Below, piece after piece: positions 38,342 through 48,372 of a DNA stretch of 51,617 bases. The notes beneath the pieces are model-generated. The model worked only from the letters and a program-made list of their open reading frames with translations, had not been told where the DNA came from and did no database searches. Positions within the stretch are counted from its first letter, which is position 1; each line of letters begins with the position of its first letter. This stretch comes from Thermoplasmata archaeon. GTDB taxonomy: Archaea > Thermoplasmatota > Thermoplasmata > Lutacidiplasmatales > UBA184. Location of the stretch: the NCBI GenBank assembly GCA_030037735.1, contig JASHQC010000088.1:1-51617 (forward strand), in the 5' to 3' direction. A program made the translations under genes and the position numbers.

Positions 38342-40807
38342 GTGACCCACGACCGACATGCGCCGGTGGGTCTGCCTCCCCAATTCGCGCCGGAGGATCG
38401 AACGATTCTAGCCCTCGCTCCCCGACGAACCTTCCAAGCGGTCGCCGCCGCGGTTCTGCTCACCCTCGTCAGTCTGTCACCGTTGGGCGGCGTAAGCGGG
38501 AGCGCGTCGCACTCCGCCGCATCGCGGCTTACCACTGTCGTCGCCTCTCCCACTACGGGCGAGGCTCCCGAACCCCAGAACAACAACTCGAGCCTGGAGT
38601 GCGCCGGGATGTACTGGGCAACTTGGGTGTGGACCAACTACTCCCCGCCCTGGTGTTACGGGGAGGACGAAGCCACCGTAAGCTTCGTCTCCAACGCGCC
38701 CGGCTCGGGAGAGGACGCGAACTACTCCTTCATCCTCCCCGCGGACGGAACGTACACCCAGGGCGACTTCTACGACACCATCTGGCTGGGGGGCGCGGTG
38801 TACGATAAGGGGTCGCTGGACAACCAATCCTACCTCGAGTTCCAGTTCTACCCGGCGCCTCCCGAGTATTCGGGCGGTGGGAGTGGGGTGCAGGACTGTC
38901 TCCCGAACGGAGCGTTCTACCCCAACTACACCGCCGGCTCCAACGAGTGGTTCGCCTGCGCAGTCGTTTGGCAGGTCACCACTTCCGAGAACGCTGCCTT
39001 CGCCGGACCCCTCGACCTACTGGGCACAACGTCGATCTTCATCCTGCACAGCAACGACCAGGTCTACGTCAACGAGAGTGGAGTGGCCCAGAGCACGACC
39101 CAGCCGTGGCAGATCTCGGTGACCGATGGAACGACGCACGCCTCGGGAGTCATCTCCTTGCAGAACGGGTCGAAGATCCTGTCCCCCTACTACTCGACGG
39201 CGGCGAAGGGAAACGACCTCATCTGGGGCGCCGACACGCCGGGGGCGATCTCCCTCGCGTACGAGGATGGCCACTCCCTTAATCCGGCCATACCGGAGGG
39301 CGGGTACTACAACGGATGCTACCCGGGCGATGGGGTCTGCGACAGCTATTGGCCCGGCCGCTGGGCTCAGAGCGGTCAGATGCAGCTCTCCTTACCAGTG
39401 ATGGGCTCGCCCGGGAATCAAACGTATCCGTACGACATCGGGTTTGGCTCGCCCACGGAAGGGGAGGACTGGATCAACGGCACGAGCGCAATCGGCTATA
39501 ACGAGGCCATGTGCGGCGGCGAGCCGAGCTGGTCGACCCTGAAGAACTGCCTCTACCCATGGTACACCTACCGGGCCGAGAACTACTCGTTCGACTTCGG
39601 CGCCAACAACCAGACCAACGACACGCACGACTACGGCAGTCTGTACGAGTTCCCGGCCGCCGTCCCGCCCAACGCAGTGGCGTTCCACGCGGCACCCTGG
39701 GGCGTCCTCGACACCACTGTGTCTCCTGCCTTCGCCCATGTCGAGTTCAACCGCGTGGGCGGCATGGAGGCGGTCCCCGTTCTTTCGAACGACACCGTGT
39801 ATCACCAGTTCATGGAGGGAGCGTACTGGCTCAACGTAAGCTACCCGGGCTGCGTGAGCTCGTCGACCTCCCTCTATCTCGCCGCCGGCGCCGTTTACGA
39901 TACTCCCATTCAGCTCAGTTGCGTCGGACTTTTTCCGGTAACATACAGCGAGACCGGCCTCCCGGCGGGCACATCCTGGTACGTTGCCTACGACGGCTAC
40001 ACGTTCTCGAAGACGAGTTCGTCCATCTCCGTCTATGAGCCCAACGGGACCCAGTCGTACTCCGTGCGGTCGCCGGTCCCGGGAACTCCGGGTGTTCGCT
40101 ATGTGGCCACCCCGAGCAACGGAACCATTGATGTTCAAGCGGCGCCGGCGAGCCAGAGCATCGTCTACGCCACTCAATTCGAGTTCCTCGGCGTCTCCTC
40201 TCCCGTCGCCGTCGGGGTGATCGAGCCGAATCTCACCTGGGAACCTCCCGGTACCCATCTTCAGGTCACCGCCTTACCCGGCCCCTCGTGGGTGTTCGTG
40301 TCGTGGAGCGGGGTGGGGAACGGGAGCTACAACGGAACGGCGAACCCGGCCCCGGTGGTGATGAACGGGCCCGTCCAGGAAGCCGCGTTCTTCTACTTCC
40401 TCTACACGGTCTCGTTCACGGAAACGGGGCTTCCCTCGCACACGAGCTGGGGCGTTGACCTGAATGGGGTCTTCCGCAGCGCATCGGGTCCGACGATCAG
40501 CTTCCAGATGGCGAACGGCTCCTACACGTACAACATCTCGGGGCCATCGGGTTACAACATCAGCACCCCGACGGGCTCGGGCACCGTCCACGGCTCCGAC
40601 GTGAGTGTGGCGATTCTGTTCACGGCCATCGTCCTATTGGGCCTCACCGGCACCGAGCTCGAGCTGATCTTGCTCGTCGTGGTCGCGGTGGGCATCGCCC
40701 TGGGCGTCAACGTGGCCTACTGGTACACCCATCGGAAGCGACCGCCGGCGCCTCCGCCCCCTTCGGCGGGCCCGCCTCCTCCCTGGCTCGGAGGTCCGCC
40801 CCAGTGA
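38342..40807 (+). CDS. Membrane-anchored surface protein: Cys/aromatic-rich N-terminal domain, thermopsin-type repeats, C-terminal TM helix and Pro-rich tail
   Basis: Signal AVAAAVLLTLVSLSPL; YSETGLPAGTSW and FTETGLPSHTSW repeats; TM then HRKRPPAPPPP. Start uncertain (GTG 38342 or 38366, after ATAAATA at 38321). Confidence 0.8.
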   Translation: MTHDRHAPVGLPPQFAPEDRTILALAPRRTFQAVAAAVLLTLVSLSPLGGVSGSASHSAASRLTTVVASPTTGEAPEPQNNNSSLECAGMYWATWVWTNYSPPWCYGEDEATVSFVSNAPGSGEDANYSFILPADGTYTQGDFYDTIWLGGAVYDKGSLDNQSYLEFQFYPAPPEYSGGGSGVQDCLPNGAFYPNYTAGSNEWFACAVVWQVTTSENAAFAGPLDLLGTTSIFILHSNDQVYVNESGVAQSTTQPWQISVTDGTTHASGVISLQNGSKILSPYYSTAAKGNDLIWGADTPGAISLAYEDGHSLNPAIPEGGYYNGCYPGDGVCDSYWPGRWAQSGQMQLSLPVMGSPGNQTYPYDIGFGSPTEGEDWINGTSAIGYNEAMCGGEPSWSTLKNCLYPWYTYRAENYSFDFGANNQTNDTHDYGSLYEFPAAVPPNAVAFHAAPWGVLDTTVSPAFAHVEFNRVGGMEAVPVLSNDTVYHQFMEGAYWLNVSYPGCVSSSTSLYLAAGAVYDTPIQLSCVGLFPVTYSETGLPAGTSWYVAYDGYTFSKTSSSISVYEPNGTQSYSVRSPVPGTPGVRYVATPSNGTIDVQAAPASQSIVYATQFEFLGVSSPVAVGVIEPNLTWEPPGTHLQVTALPGPSWVFVSWSGVGNGSYNGTANPAPVVMNGPVQEAAFFYFLYTVSFTETGLPSHTSWGVDLNGVFRSASGPTISFQMANGSYTYNISGPSGYNISTPTGSGTVHGSDVSVAILFTAIVLLGLTGTELELILLVVVAVGIALGVNVAYWYTHRKRPPAPPPPSAGPPPPWLGGPPQ

Positions 40808-40835
40808 GCCGAGCGGTGACGGACCGACTTCCCGA

Positions 40836-41384
40836 CTAGTCCGCGCACGGCATCCCCGCGAGCCGCAGGACGTCCTGGTGGGATCGTACGTAGTCCGTTC
40901 GACGGGTCATGGACACCTCGACGAAGCGAAGGTCCGTCCACGCCGAGTGGTGGGGCGGCCGGTCCGAGAAGTTGTCGATCACGTACACGAAGCCGATGTC
41001 CCAGTGAAGGTCCCCTTTAGCCGCGGTGGGCCGCTGGTCGGAATCCGACATCAAGAGAGGTGTCGGCAATGGGCTGAGCTCGACGCCAAGCTGCTCCCGG
41101 GCGATTCGGTGGGCCGACTCTTCGGGGGCCTCGTAGTACAGCAACTGGCACGACGGGAGCATCCAGCCTGTCGACCACTGATGGGCCCGGCTGGGGTCCA
41201 AACCTCCGATGTGCGCCCACGGCCCGGCGGGGTCGATGCGACCCACCAGCACACGGTCCGGTTGCCCCCGAGGCCGAATCACGAGGAACGTCGAGAGGCA
41301 GAGGCCGTCTGTCGGGACCGCGAAGACCATGCGGTCCGTCTGGGCGGTCGGGCGAAAGCGGGCGAACTTGCGTTCCTCGGCCAT
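40836..41384 (-). CDS. NUDIX-fold protein with degenerate Nudix box
   Basis: WMLPSCQLLYYEAPEESAHRIAREQLG resembles WxLPGGx5Ex7REx2EExG. Confidence 0.65.
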   Translation of the reverse strand: MAEERKFARFRPTAQTDRMVFAVPTDGLCLSTFLVIRPRGQPDRVLVGRIDPAGPWAHIGGLDPSRAHQWSTGWMLPSCQLLYYEAPEESAHRIAREQLGVELSPLPTPLLMSDSDQRPTAAKGDLHWDIGFVYVIDNFSDRPPHHSAWTDLRFVEVSMTRRTDYVRSHQDVLRLAGMPCAD

Positions 41385-41491
41385 GCTCCGGATTCCCGAC
41401 CGGCCGCGTAGCCGCCGAAGTATTTCCCTCGACCGCTGTCCCAGCGCCCGGCGAGTTCTTGTAGAGACGGCCGACTGCCCTCGCGACCCTC

Positions 41492-42346
41492 ATGGGCACT
41501 TTCTCGGACTCCTGGCGGCTCACCAAGATCTCCTTCGGCCTGGTCTTTCAGGATAGCGCGCTCCTCGTCTTCCCGCTTGTCGCCGGCCTCTCGGCGATCG
41601 CCGTCCTCGCCCTATTCGCCCTGGGCACCTTCTACTTGGCCCCGCTCCTGCTCATCGGCGGAAGTTTATCGACCTCCTACGAGGTCGTGGGACTCGTGCT
41701 GTTCGTGGCGGCCTACCTTTCGACAACGTTCATCACCATCTACGCGACCGGCGCGTTGATCGGCGCGGCCACCCTCAAGCTCGAGGGGCAGCAGCCCACC
41801 GCGTCCGAGGGGTGGAAGATCGCCCGAGCCAACCTGTCGCGCCTGCTCGTATGGGCGCTCATCTCGGCCACCGTAGGGTTGCTCATCCAGCTGGTATCGT
41901 CCCGGTTCCGAGGGGCCGCCGGGATCGTCATCGGCGGAATTGCGGGAGCTACCTGGGCGATCGCGACCTACTTCGTAATCCCGGTCATCATTTACCAGAA
42001 ATCGACCCCGTGGCAATCCCTCGGCCGCTCGGCGAAATTGTTCCTCAATACCTTCGGCCGGACCTTGGTCACGAACATCGTCTTGGCCCTGATCGTGGGG
42101 GCCGGAATCGTCGCCGCGGTCGTGCTCGGCGTGCTGGGGCTGTTCCTCCTCTTCAGCGGGAGCACGATCCTCGGAATTGCCCTCATCGTGACGGCTCTGG
42201 GGGTCGGCGTGCTGGTCGCGCTGCTGGGCGCCTCGGCCGAGGGCGTGCTGCGAGCGGCCCTCTACCGGTATGCCACGACCGGGAAAATCGACCCGGACCT
42301 GATGCCGACGGCGTACAAGACGGCGGTCCGGGGCCCGCTTCCTTAG
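41492..42346 (+). CDS. Multi-pass membrane protein (DUF6159-like)
   Basis: F..SWRL.K.S..L...D..LLVFP N-terminus, ATYFVIPVI, AALYRYA..G. Confidence 0.75.
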   Translation: MGTFSDSWRLTKISFGLVFQDSALLVFPLVAGLSAIAVLALFALGTFYLAPLLLIGGSLSTSYEVVGLVLFVAAYLSTTFITIYATGALIGAATLKLEGQQPTASEGWKIARANLSRLLVWALISATVGLLIQLVSSRFRGAAGIVIGGIAGATWAIATYFVIPVIIYQKSTPWQSLGRSAKLFLNTFGRTLVTNIVLALIVGAGIVAAVVLGVLGLFLLFSGSTILGIALIVTALGVGVLVALLGASAEGVLRAALYRYATTGKIDPDLMPTAYKTAVRGPLP

Positions 42347-42347
42347 G

Positions 42348-43571
42348 TCACCCGGCGACCCGGAAGAGGTCCGGAAATCGCTGGCGGACCAGGTTACAGA
42401 CGTACTCCCCGATCGCCAGCGAGGCGGTCGCCGCCGGCGAGGGCGCGTTCAACACGTGGACCATTCCGGGCGAATCGGCGATCAGGAAGTCGTCGACGAG
42501 CCTCCCGTCCGGCGTCACCGCTTGGGCCCGGACGCCACTGCCGCCCGGGACGAGGTCCGCCTCGCGGAGGTCCGGGACCATGCGCTGAAGGTCGCGGACG
42601 AACGCTCCGCGGTCCAGCGACCGGTGGATCTCCGCGATCTCGGTCCGGCCGTACCGCCGCAGCAGCCGGGGTGTTCCGGGGTAGATGAGGTTCTCGGCTA
42701 TGTCTCGCCAGCGGAATTCCCGCCAGGAGTATCCCTCGCGCGAGAGAGCAGGGACTGCGTTGGGTCCGGCCTCTACCTCTCCGTGAATCGTGCGCGTGAA
42801 GTGCACGCCAAGGAAGGGCAGCTCGGGGTCGGGGGTGGGATACACTAGACCCCGGACCATCGACCGGCGGTCCGGTCGAAGAAGGTAGTACTCGCCCCGA
42901 AACGGGACGATTCGTGCGGGAGGCTCGATGCCGCTCCAGCGGGCCACCCGGTCCGAGTAGAGCCCGGCGCAATTTACGACGGCCCGGGCGCGGAGCAACC
43001 CGCTCGCTGTGAGGACGCCCGCGTATCCGTTCCCACTGCGGAGGTCCGTGACCTCCGTACCGGTCCGGATCTCGCCACCGTGGGCAGCAACCTCTTGCGC
43101 GTAGCCTCTCGAGACCGCGAGATAGTCGACGATGCCCGTCGCCGGCACGTGGAGCCCCCCCACCGAGCGGACATGGGGCTCGACCTCCTGGACCTCGGCC
43201 GGCGACAGACGGCGTACGCCGGGAATGGCGTTCGCCGACGCTCGACGTTCCAGCTCGGCCAGCCGCGGGCGATCCGAATCACGCGTGGCCACGATGAGCT
43301 TGCCGCACAGCTCATAGGGAATGCGATGGGCGTCGCAGAACTCGACGAGGCGACGTCGACCTTCGACGCAGAGTTGGGCCTTGAGCGAGCCGGGGCGGTA
43401 GTAGATGCCGGAATGGATTACGCCGCTGTTGTGACCGGTTTGATGCTGGGCGATATCGGGTTCCTTCTCTAGGACCACCACCGGCACGCTGGACCGTTGT
43501 ACGATCGCGAGGGCCGAAGCGAGACCGACGATCCCGCCGCCGATGACCACTATGGGGTCGTTCTCGGCCAC
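42348..43571 (-). CDS. lhgO: L-2-hydroxyglutarate oxidase/dehydrogenase
   Basis: IGGGIVGL, HQTGHNSGVIHSGIYY.PGSLKA, PFRGEY, PFLGVHFT, GVRAQA, NAPSPAAT. Confidence 0.93.
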   Translation of the reverse strand: MAENDPIVVIGGGIVGLASALAIVQRSSVPVVVLEKEPDIAQHQTGHNSGVIHSGIYYRPGSLKAQLCVEGRRRLVEFCDAHRIPYELCGKLIVATRDSDRPRLAELERRASANAIPGVRRLSPAEVQEVEPHVRSVGGLHVPATGIVDYLAVSRGYAQEVAAHGGEIRTGTEVTDLRSGNGYAGVLTASGLLRARAVVNCAGLYSDRVARWSGIEPPARIVPFRGEYYLLRPDRRSMVRGLVYPTPDPELPFLGVHFTRTIHGEVEAGPNAVPALSREGYSWREFRWRDIAENLIYPGTPRLLRRYGRTEIAEIHRSLDRGAFVRDLQRMVPDLREADLVPGGSGVRAQAVTPDGRLVDDFLIADSPGMVHVLNAPSPAATASLAIGEYVCNLVRQRFPDLFRVAG

Positions 43572-43593
43572 GACGCGGTTCCTGATGTCCGGG

Positions 43594-44811
43594 TCACGGG
43601 GTGGAGCTCGCGCCCTCGTCCCATTCCGTTTGGAGTCGGGCGATCTCGGATTCCGAGTACCCGAGGCTCTTCAGGATCTCGGCGGTGTGCTGCCCCAGGT
43701 CCGGGGCCGGGCGGTGAACGACGGGGCCCCGTCGTTCCGTGCCGAGCGGGATGGCACCGACCAGTACCGAGGTTCCGCCCGGCGCCCGCATCTCCGTCAG
43801 GGCGCTGTTGTGGATCACTTGCGGGTCCCAGAGGAGTTCGGGGATGGTCTGGTAAGGACCGCACGGGACCCCGGCCCCGCTCAGGTCATGAACCAGGGCC
43901 GCCGTAGGAGTACTCCGGAACGTCGGGCCCAGGAGATCGATGAGCTCGGCCCGATGGGCTACCCGGTCGTCGTTGGTCCGAAATCGCGGGTCGCGCGAGA
44001 GGTCCTCCCGGCGCAGGACGCCGCACAAGCGCTGAAACTGTGTGTCCGTGCCGACGGCGAGGGCCACGTACCCGTCGCTCGTGGGCATCAGCTGATACGG
44101 GACGATCAGCGGATGTCCGGCCCCGGTCGGTTGCGGAGCTTCGTGCGTGAGAGAGTAGCCGGCGATCCAGTACCCCAGGAGGCTTGTCGCAGTGTCCAGG
44201 AGATTGACCTCCACCGGGCGAGGGGTCGCAGGTAAGCTCTCCCGCTTGCGCAACTCGAGCAGTATTCCGATCACCGCGTACAGTCCGGCGACGAGGTCGA
44301 AGAACGCCAACGGGGTGCGCATCGGAGCTCCCGGTGTCCCGGTGAGGCTCATCAGTCCCGAGCGGGCCTGGATGACGAAGTCGAACGAAGGGTCGTTGCG
44401 GCTCGGTCCTTCTGGACCGTATCCCGTCACCGCCGCATGGACCAGCCCGGGATGGACCGCCTGCAGGGTGGCTTCGTCCAGTCCCAACTGCTGAAGCGTG
44501 CCGGGACGAAAGTTCTCCACCAGCACGTCCGCCGGGGCAAGCAACCGGAGCAGCGCCTCTTTTCCGGAGGCGCTCTTCAGGTCGACGACGATCGAGCGTT
44601 TGTTCCGGTTCACGGAGAGATAGTATGCGGAGTTACGGGGGCTTGCGAACGGGGGGCCCCAACCCCTTGAGAGGTCCCCGGACCCGGGCTTTTCCACCTT
44701 GATGACATCGGCGCCCAGGTCTCCCAGGATCATGCCGCAAAAGGGCCCGGCGACCCCCTGGGAGATCTCGACGACCCTTACGCCGGCCAAGGGCAGAGGC
44801 GGAAGGCCCAT
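43594..44811 (-). CDS. Family III CoA-transferase (CaiB/BaiF)
   Basis: AGPF...LGDLGADVIKVE, NRNKRS, ENFRPG, catalytic D in FFDLVAG, APDLGQHT. Confidence 0.93.
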   Translation of the reverse strand: MGLPPLPLAGVRVVEISQGVAGPFCGMILGDLGADVIKVEKPGSGDLSRGWGPPFASPRNSAYYLSVNRNKRSIVVDLKSASGKEALLRLLAPADVLVENFRPGTLQQLGLDEATLQAVHPGLVHAAVTGYGPEGPSRNDPSFDFVIQARSGLMSLTGTPGAPMRTPLAFFDLVAGLYAVIGILLELRKRESLPATPRPVEVNLLDTATSLLGYWIAGYSLTHEAPQPTGAGHPLIVPYQLMPTSDGYVALAVGTDTQFQRLCGVLRREDLSRDPRFRTNDDRVAHRAELIDLLGPTFRSTPTAALVHDLSGAGVPCGPYQTIPELLWDPQVIHNSALTEMRAPGGTSVLVGAIPLGTERRGPVVHRPAPDLGQHTAEILKSLGYSESEIARLQTEWDEGASSTP

Positions 44812-44942
44812 CGCCCCGCCCAGACGATGGGCACCTTAATGATGCGCGGTGAGCGGTCGAAGGCTGCTACGGCGGAGTCCAACATTTCTATAGGTCTCGA
44901 CTCTGTTCCGGGTTCGCCGTTCGAACGGGAAGAGGGGCGGCC

Positions 44943-45185
44943 ATGCAGAAGATCCCGGTGGGACGCTGGTTCTTCTGGGCCGGCGTTCTGGTGCTCGTCG
45001 CCAGCATCGTCGTTTCCGCGCTCTACGGGGCACTGCTCAGCCCGCCGTTTGGAACGGAGTACAATGTCCTTCCCGGCTTCGTGATCGTGGCGATCGTACT
45101 ACTGCTCATCAGCGTCACCATTGACACGACCCCCGCTCCAGCCGCGGGCGGGGACTCCGCGGAGTCCCGGACCGGCGACCAATGA
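44943..45185 (+). CDS. Small two-TM membrane protein
   Basis: Two hydrophobic helices; purine-rich RBS; ATGA overlap with the next gene. Confidence 0.65.
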   Translation: MQKIPVGRWFFWAGVLVLVASIVVSALYGALLSPPFGTEYNVLPGFVIVAIVLLLISVTIDTTPAPAAGGDSAESRTGDQ

Positions 45186-45670
45186 ACGGTTCGTCCACCC
45201 CTTCCCCGCCCGTTGTGGTTCGCCCCGGGCGGGGCACGCCGCCCAGCCCACGGTCCACTCGATGGGTCGACCGGGGATTGGCGGTGGGGTGTGCCGTTGT
45301 CGTGGCGGTAAGCATGCTGGTTTGGACTGGGGTGGTGCCCTCCGGGCTCTACCCCTCTAGTCCTCTCCGATGGACCGTCGAATTGCGGACCTGTCCCAGC
45401 GCGATCTACGCCCAATCGATTCAGTACGCCTTCCCCCTGTGGGCTACCGTTCACGTCCGATGGACCTCCGGCAGCGGCTTCGTGGATTACTACATCCTCA
45501 ACACGGGATTCGGTCGCGCGTCGTACCCTCTCGCCCAAGCAGGGGTCAGCGGTAGCGGTTCGTTCGTGTCGGACGCCACGTTCTATGAATTCGTCGTCTT
45601 GGGCGTTTTGGTCAACCTGACCGGCTGCTCGGTGACTTCGGTGACGACCACCGTGAGCTATACCCTCTGA
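45182..45670 (+). CDS. Membrane-anchored hypothetical protein (N-terminal TM, beta-rich ectodomain)
   Basis: TM LAVGCAVVVAVSMLVW, one Cys pair; coupled to the upstream gene. Confidence 0.6.
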   Translation: MNGSSTPSPPVVVRPGRGTPPSPRSTRWVDRGLAVGCAVVVAVSMLVWTGVVPSGLYPSSPLRWTVELRTCPSAIYAQSIQYAFPLWATVHVRWTSGSGFVDYYILNTGFGRASYPLAQAGVSGSGSFVSDATFYEFVVLGVLVNLTGCSVTSVTTTVSYTL

Positions 45671-45709
45671 GCGGCAAACTGTTTTGGCGCCGGGCCGTCT
45701 CCGGCGGCC

Positions 45710-46663
45710 GTGAATATCCGGGCCGTACTGCCGGCGTTCCTCCCCGTCGATGAAATCCGCCGCCGGCTGCTGCAGTTGATGCCCGACCTGGACATCGTTT
45801 CCGAGCCGACGGCTTCTGGGCGGTATCCCCTCGGAGAGATCGAGGCGATCGTCCTCACGACTTTCCATGACCTCACGGCGCAGGACATCGCGAAGATGCC
45901 GGCGCTTCGGTTCGTTCAGGTCGCGAGCACGGGATACGATCGGGTCGACCTGGCGGCCTGCCGGGCCCGCGGGATCATGGTCTCGAACATCCCGGTCGCG
46001 AACTCGAAGACCGTCGCGGAGCACGTGATCCTGCTCGCCCTGGCCTCGCTGCGGGATTTGATCCCGGTCGACCGGGAGCTGCGGAGCGGCCGCTGGCCGA
46101 TGATCATGGGCGCTCAGGAGCTCGGGGGCAAGGTCTTCGGCATCGTGGGGGCCGGACGAATCGGACGGGAGCTGGCCGCCCGCCTCGTGCCGTTCGAGGT
46201 CTCGTCCATCTACTCCGACAAGGTGCCCCTCTCCGACGATCAGGAACGAACCCTGGGGCTTACGCGCGTGCCGCTCGAGGAGCTCCTCGCGCAATCAGAT
46301 ATCGTCTCGCTGCACCTGCCGCTATCCGAGGAGACGCGAGGCATCCTCGGAGAGGCCCAACTGGCCCAAATGAAGGCCGGCGCGTTGCTCATCAACACCG
46401 CGCGGGCGGAGCTCGTCGACACGGCCGCGCTCGCACGGGCCGTCGGAGAGGGCCGCCTTCGGACCGCGCTTGACGTGTACCCCACAGAGCCACCAGACTT
46501 CAAGGACCCGATCTTCCGGGCCGAGCACACGGTGTTCACCCCGCACATCGCCGGGGTGACTCAGGAGGCGCAGATGCGGTTCCTCCAGGAGACGGTCAAG
46601 AACGTGATGCGATTCGCGTCGGGGAAGGAGCCTCAGTTCCGGGTCGACATGCAGGCCGCCTAG
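45710..46663 (+). CDS. D-isomer-specific 2-hydroxyacid dehydrogenase
   Basis: TGYD, GAGRIG, SLHLPL, INTAR, DVYPTEPP, TPHIAG. Confidence 0.92.
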   Translation: MNIRAVLPAFLPVDEIRRRLLQLMPDLDIVSEPTASGRYPLGEIEAIVLTTFHDLTAQDIAKMPALRFVQVASTGYDRVDLAACRARGIMVSNIPVANSKTVAEHVILLALASLRDLIPVDRELRSGRWPMIMGAQELGGKVFGIVGAGRIGRELAARLVPFEVSSIYSDKVPLSDDQERTLGLTRVPLEELLAQSDIVSLHLPLSEETRGILGEAQLAQMKAGALLINTARAELVDTAALARAVGEGRLRTALDVYPTEPPDFKDPIFRAEHTVFTPHIAGVTQEAQMRFLQETVKNVMRFASGKEPQFRVDMQAA

Positions 46664-46690
46664 ACGCTCGCGCCACGGTCAGGATCCGAG

Positions 46691-48262
46691 GTGGGGACCA
46701 CGAAGGTCGCCGAGCAGATTTCTGAACTGTTCGCCCGGCGAGGAGTCCACGAGATCTTCGGGAATCCAGGAACGACGGAGCTTCCGTTCCTCGAAGGCAT
46801 CCATCAACACTACTACCTGACGCTCCACGACTCGATCGCCGCCGGCGCCGCAGACGGACTGGCCCAGGTCACCGGGTCCGTAGCGGTGGCGAACTTGCAT
46901 GCCGCGCCCGGGCTTGGCAACTCGATCGCCTTCATCGACACCGCGCGACGGAACCGATCGCCGGTGCTCCTCACCGTCGGCCAGCAGGATCAACGACATG
47001 CCGAGTACGAACCGCTTCTCCAGGGGAACTTTGACTCGATGGTCGCTGGCCTGGTGAAGTATTCCCACGAGGTCACCTCCTCTTCGGAGGTCAATACCGC
47101 GGTTGACCTCGCGTTCCGCCACGCCATGGAACCCCCTCGGGGCCCAGTCCTCCTGAGCCTTCCGATGGACGTGATGGAGGCGGTCGGACTCCCCTCCGAC
47201 TTGCCCACCGCTTCTCCGACTCCCCTCGCTGAACCGGTCGAGGCCATCGCGGAACGGCTGGCCGCCGCATCGAACCCGGCCATCGTCGCGGGCTACGAGG
47301 TCGACGTCGATGACGCCTTCGCCGAACTTGCCGAGCTAGCCAAGAAGCTCGGTGCTCCCGTCTATGCCGAACCGCTTTGCTCCCGCGCACCGGTGGCGCT
47401 GCCATTCGCGAACTTCGCCGGCGATCTCCTACCGGCCTCCGCGCTGATTGATTCGGCTCTCGGAGACCACGACCTGATCCTCCTCGTCGGGGCCGACCTC
47501 ACGCTCTACCCCTACACTCCGGCGCCCCTCCTCCCGGGGAAGGACCTGATCTACGTCGGTTCCGATCCCACGGTGGCGCACAAGCTTCACGCCGCCCACG
47601 CACGAGGGAACGTGAAAGGACAACTGGCCCGGCTTCTTCCACTCGTTCCTGCGAGGGCGCAGGCGTTCCGACGGCCTCCGGACTTCGGACGCGCCAACCG
47701 CGTGGCGCGCGCGGCACCGAGATTGGGGGGCGTCTACGTGCTCGACGCCGCCTCGCGCCTCTTCGCCGACCACACGATCGTGGACGAGGCCGTGTCGCTC
47801 ACGCCCACCCTCAAGTCGATGGGCGTGTATCACGGCCGCAACAGCTACTTTGCTTCCCGCAGCGGACAACTGGGGTGGGGACTCGCAGCGTCGATTGGCC
47901 TCGGTCTCCGGCTCCCCAAGGTCCTTGCGGTCGTCGGCGACGGGGCACTCCAGTACACGATCCAGAGCCTTTCGACCCTCACCCGGTATCACATCCCCGT
48001 CAAGGTCTTGGTCGTGAACAATCAAAGCTACGCAATCCTCCGAAGTTACTCCAAGGCCTTTCACGCGGCGCTGACCGATGCTGACTACCTCCAAGTGCCC
48101 GGGGTCGACGTCGAAGCGCTAGCGAAGGGCTACGGGGTCCCCGCCCAATCCGTCGACCGACCGAATCGACTCGAAGAGGGACTCCGCTGGCTCCGGGAAA
48201 CATCGGGGCCCGCGCTGCTCAACGTGGCAATCGACCCGACCGTGCCTGACCTCTTCGCGTGA
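46691..48262 (+). CDS. ThDP-dependent 2-oxo-acid decarboxylase, benzoylformate decarboxylase-like
   Basis: FGNPGTTELPF, NLHAAPGLGN, GQLGWG, GDGA...NNQSY. Confidence 0.88.
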   Translation: MGTTKVAEQISELFARRGVHEIFGNPGTTELPFLEGIHQHYYLTLHDSIAAGAADGLAQVTGSVAVANLHAAPGLGNSIAFIDTARRNRSPVLLTVGQQDQRHAEYEPLLQGNFDSMVAGLVKYSHEVTSSSEVNTAVDLAFRHAMEPPRGPVLLSLPMDVMEAVGLPSDLPTASPTPLAEPVEAIAERLAAASNPAIVAGYEVDVDDAFAELAELAKKLGAPVYAEPLCSRAPVALPFANFAGDLLPASALIDSALGDHDLILLVGADLTLYPYTPAPLLPGKDLIYVGSDPTVAHKLHAAHARGNVKGQLARLLPLVPARAQAFRRPPDFGRANRVARAAPRLGGVYVLDAASRLFADHTIVDEAVSLTPTLKSMGVYHGRNSYFASRSGQLGWGLAASIGLGLRLPKVLAVVGDGALQYTIQSLSTLTRYHIPVKVLVVNNQSYAILRSYSKAFHAALTDADYLQVPGVDVEALAKGYGVPAQSVDRPNRLEEGLRWLRETSGPALLNVAIDPTVPDLFA

Positions 48263-48372
48263 TAGGCGCCTTGGGGCGCTGGCGACGCGTGCTACTTGCC
48301 ACAGTTATTGCCCTTGTCCGAACCGGCGCATGATATGGACATTTCGTCGGTCCCGGTGGAGGTCGTGCGCTC

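Noticed and set aside
44874-44890. GTTGGAC upstream of the CoA-transferase as a fifth motif copy
   Set aside because: Only the core matches; the flanking TTT and AT.TG elements are absent. A further TTGGACAAG at about 9229 lies inside a coding region.
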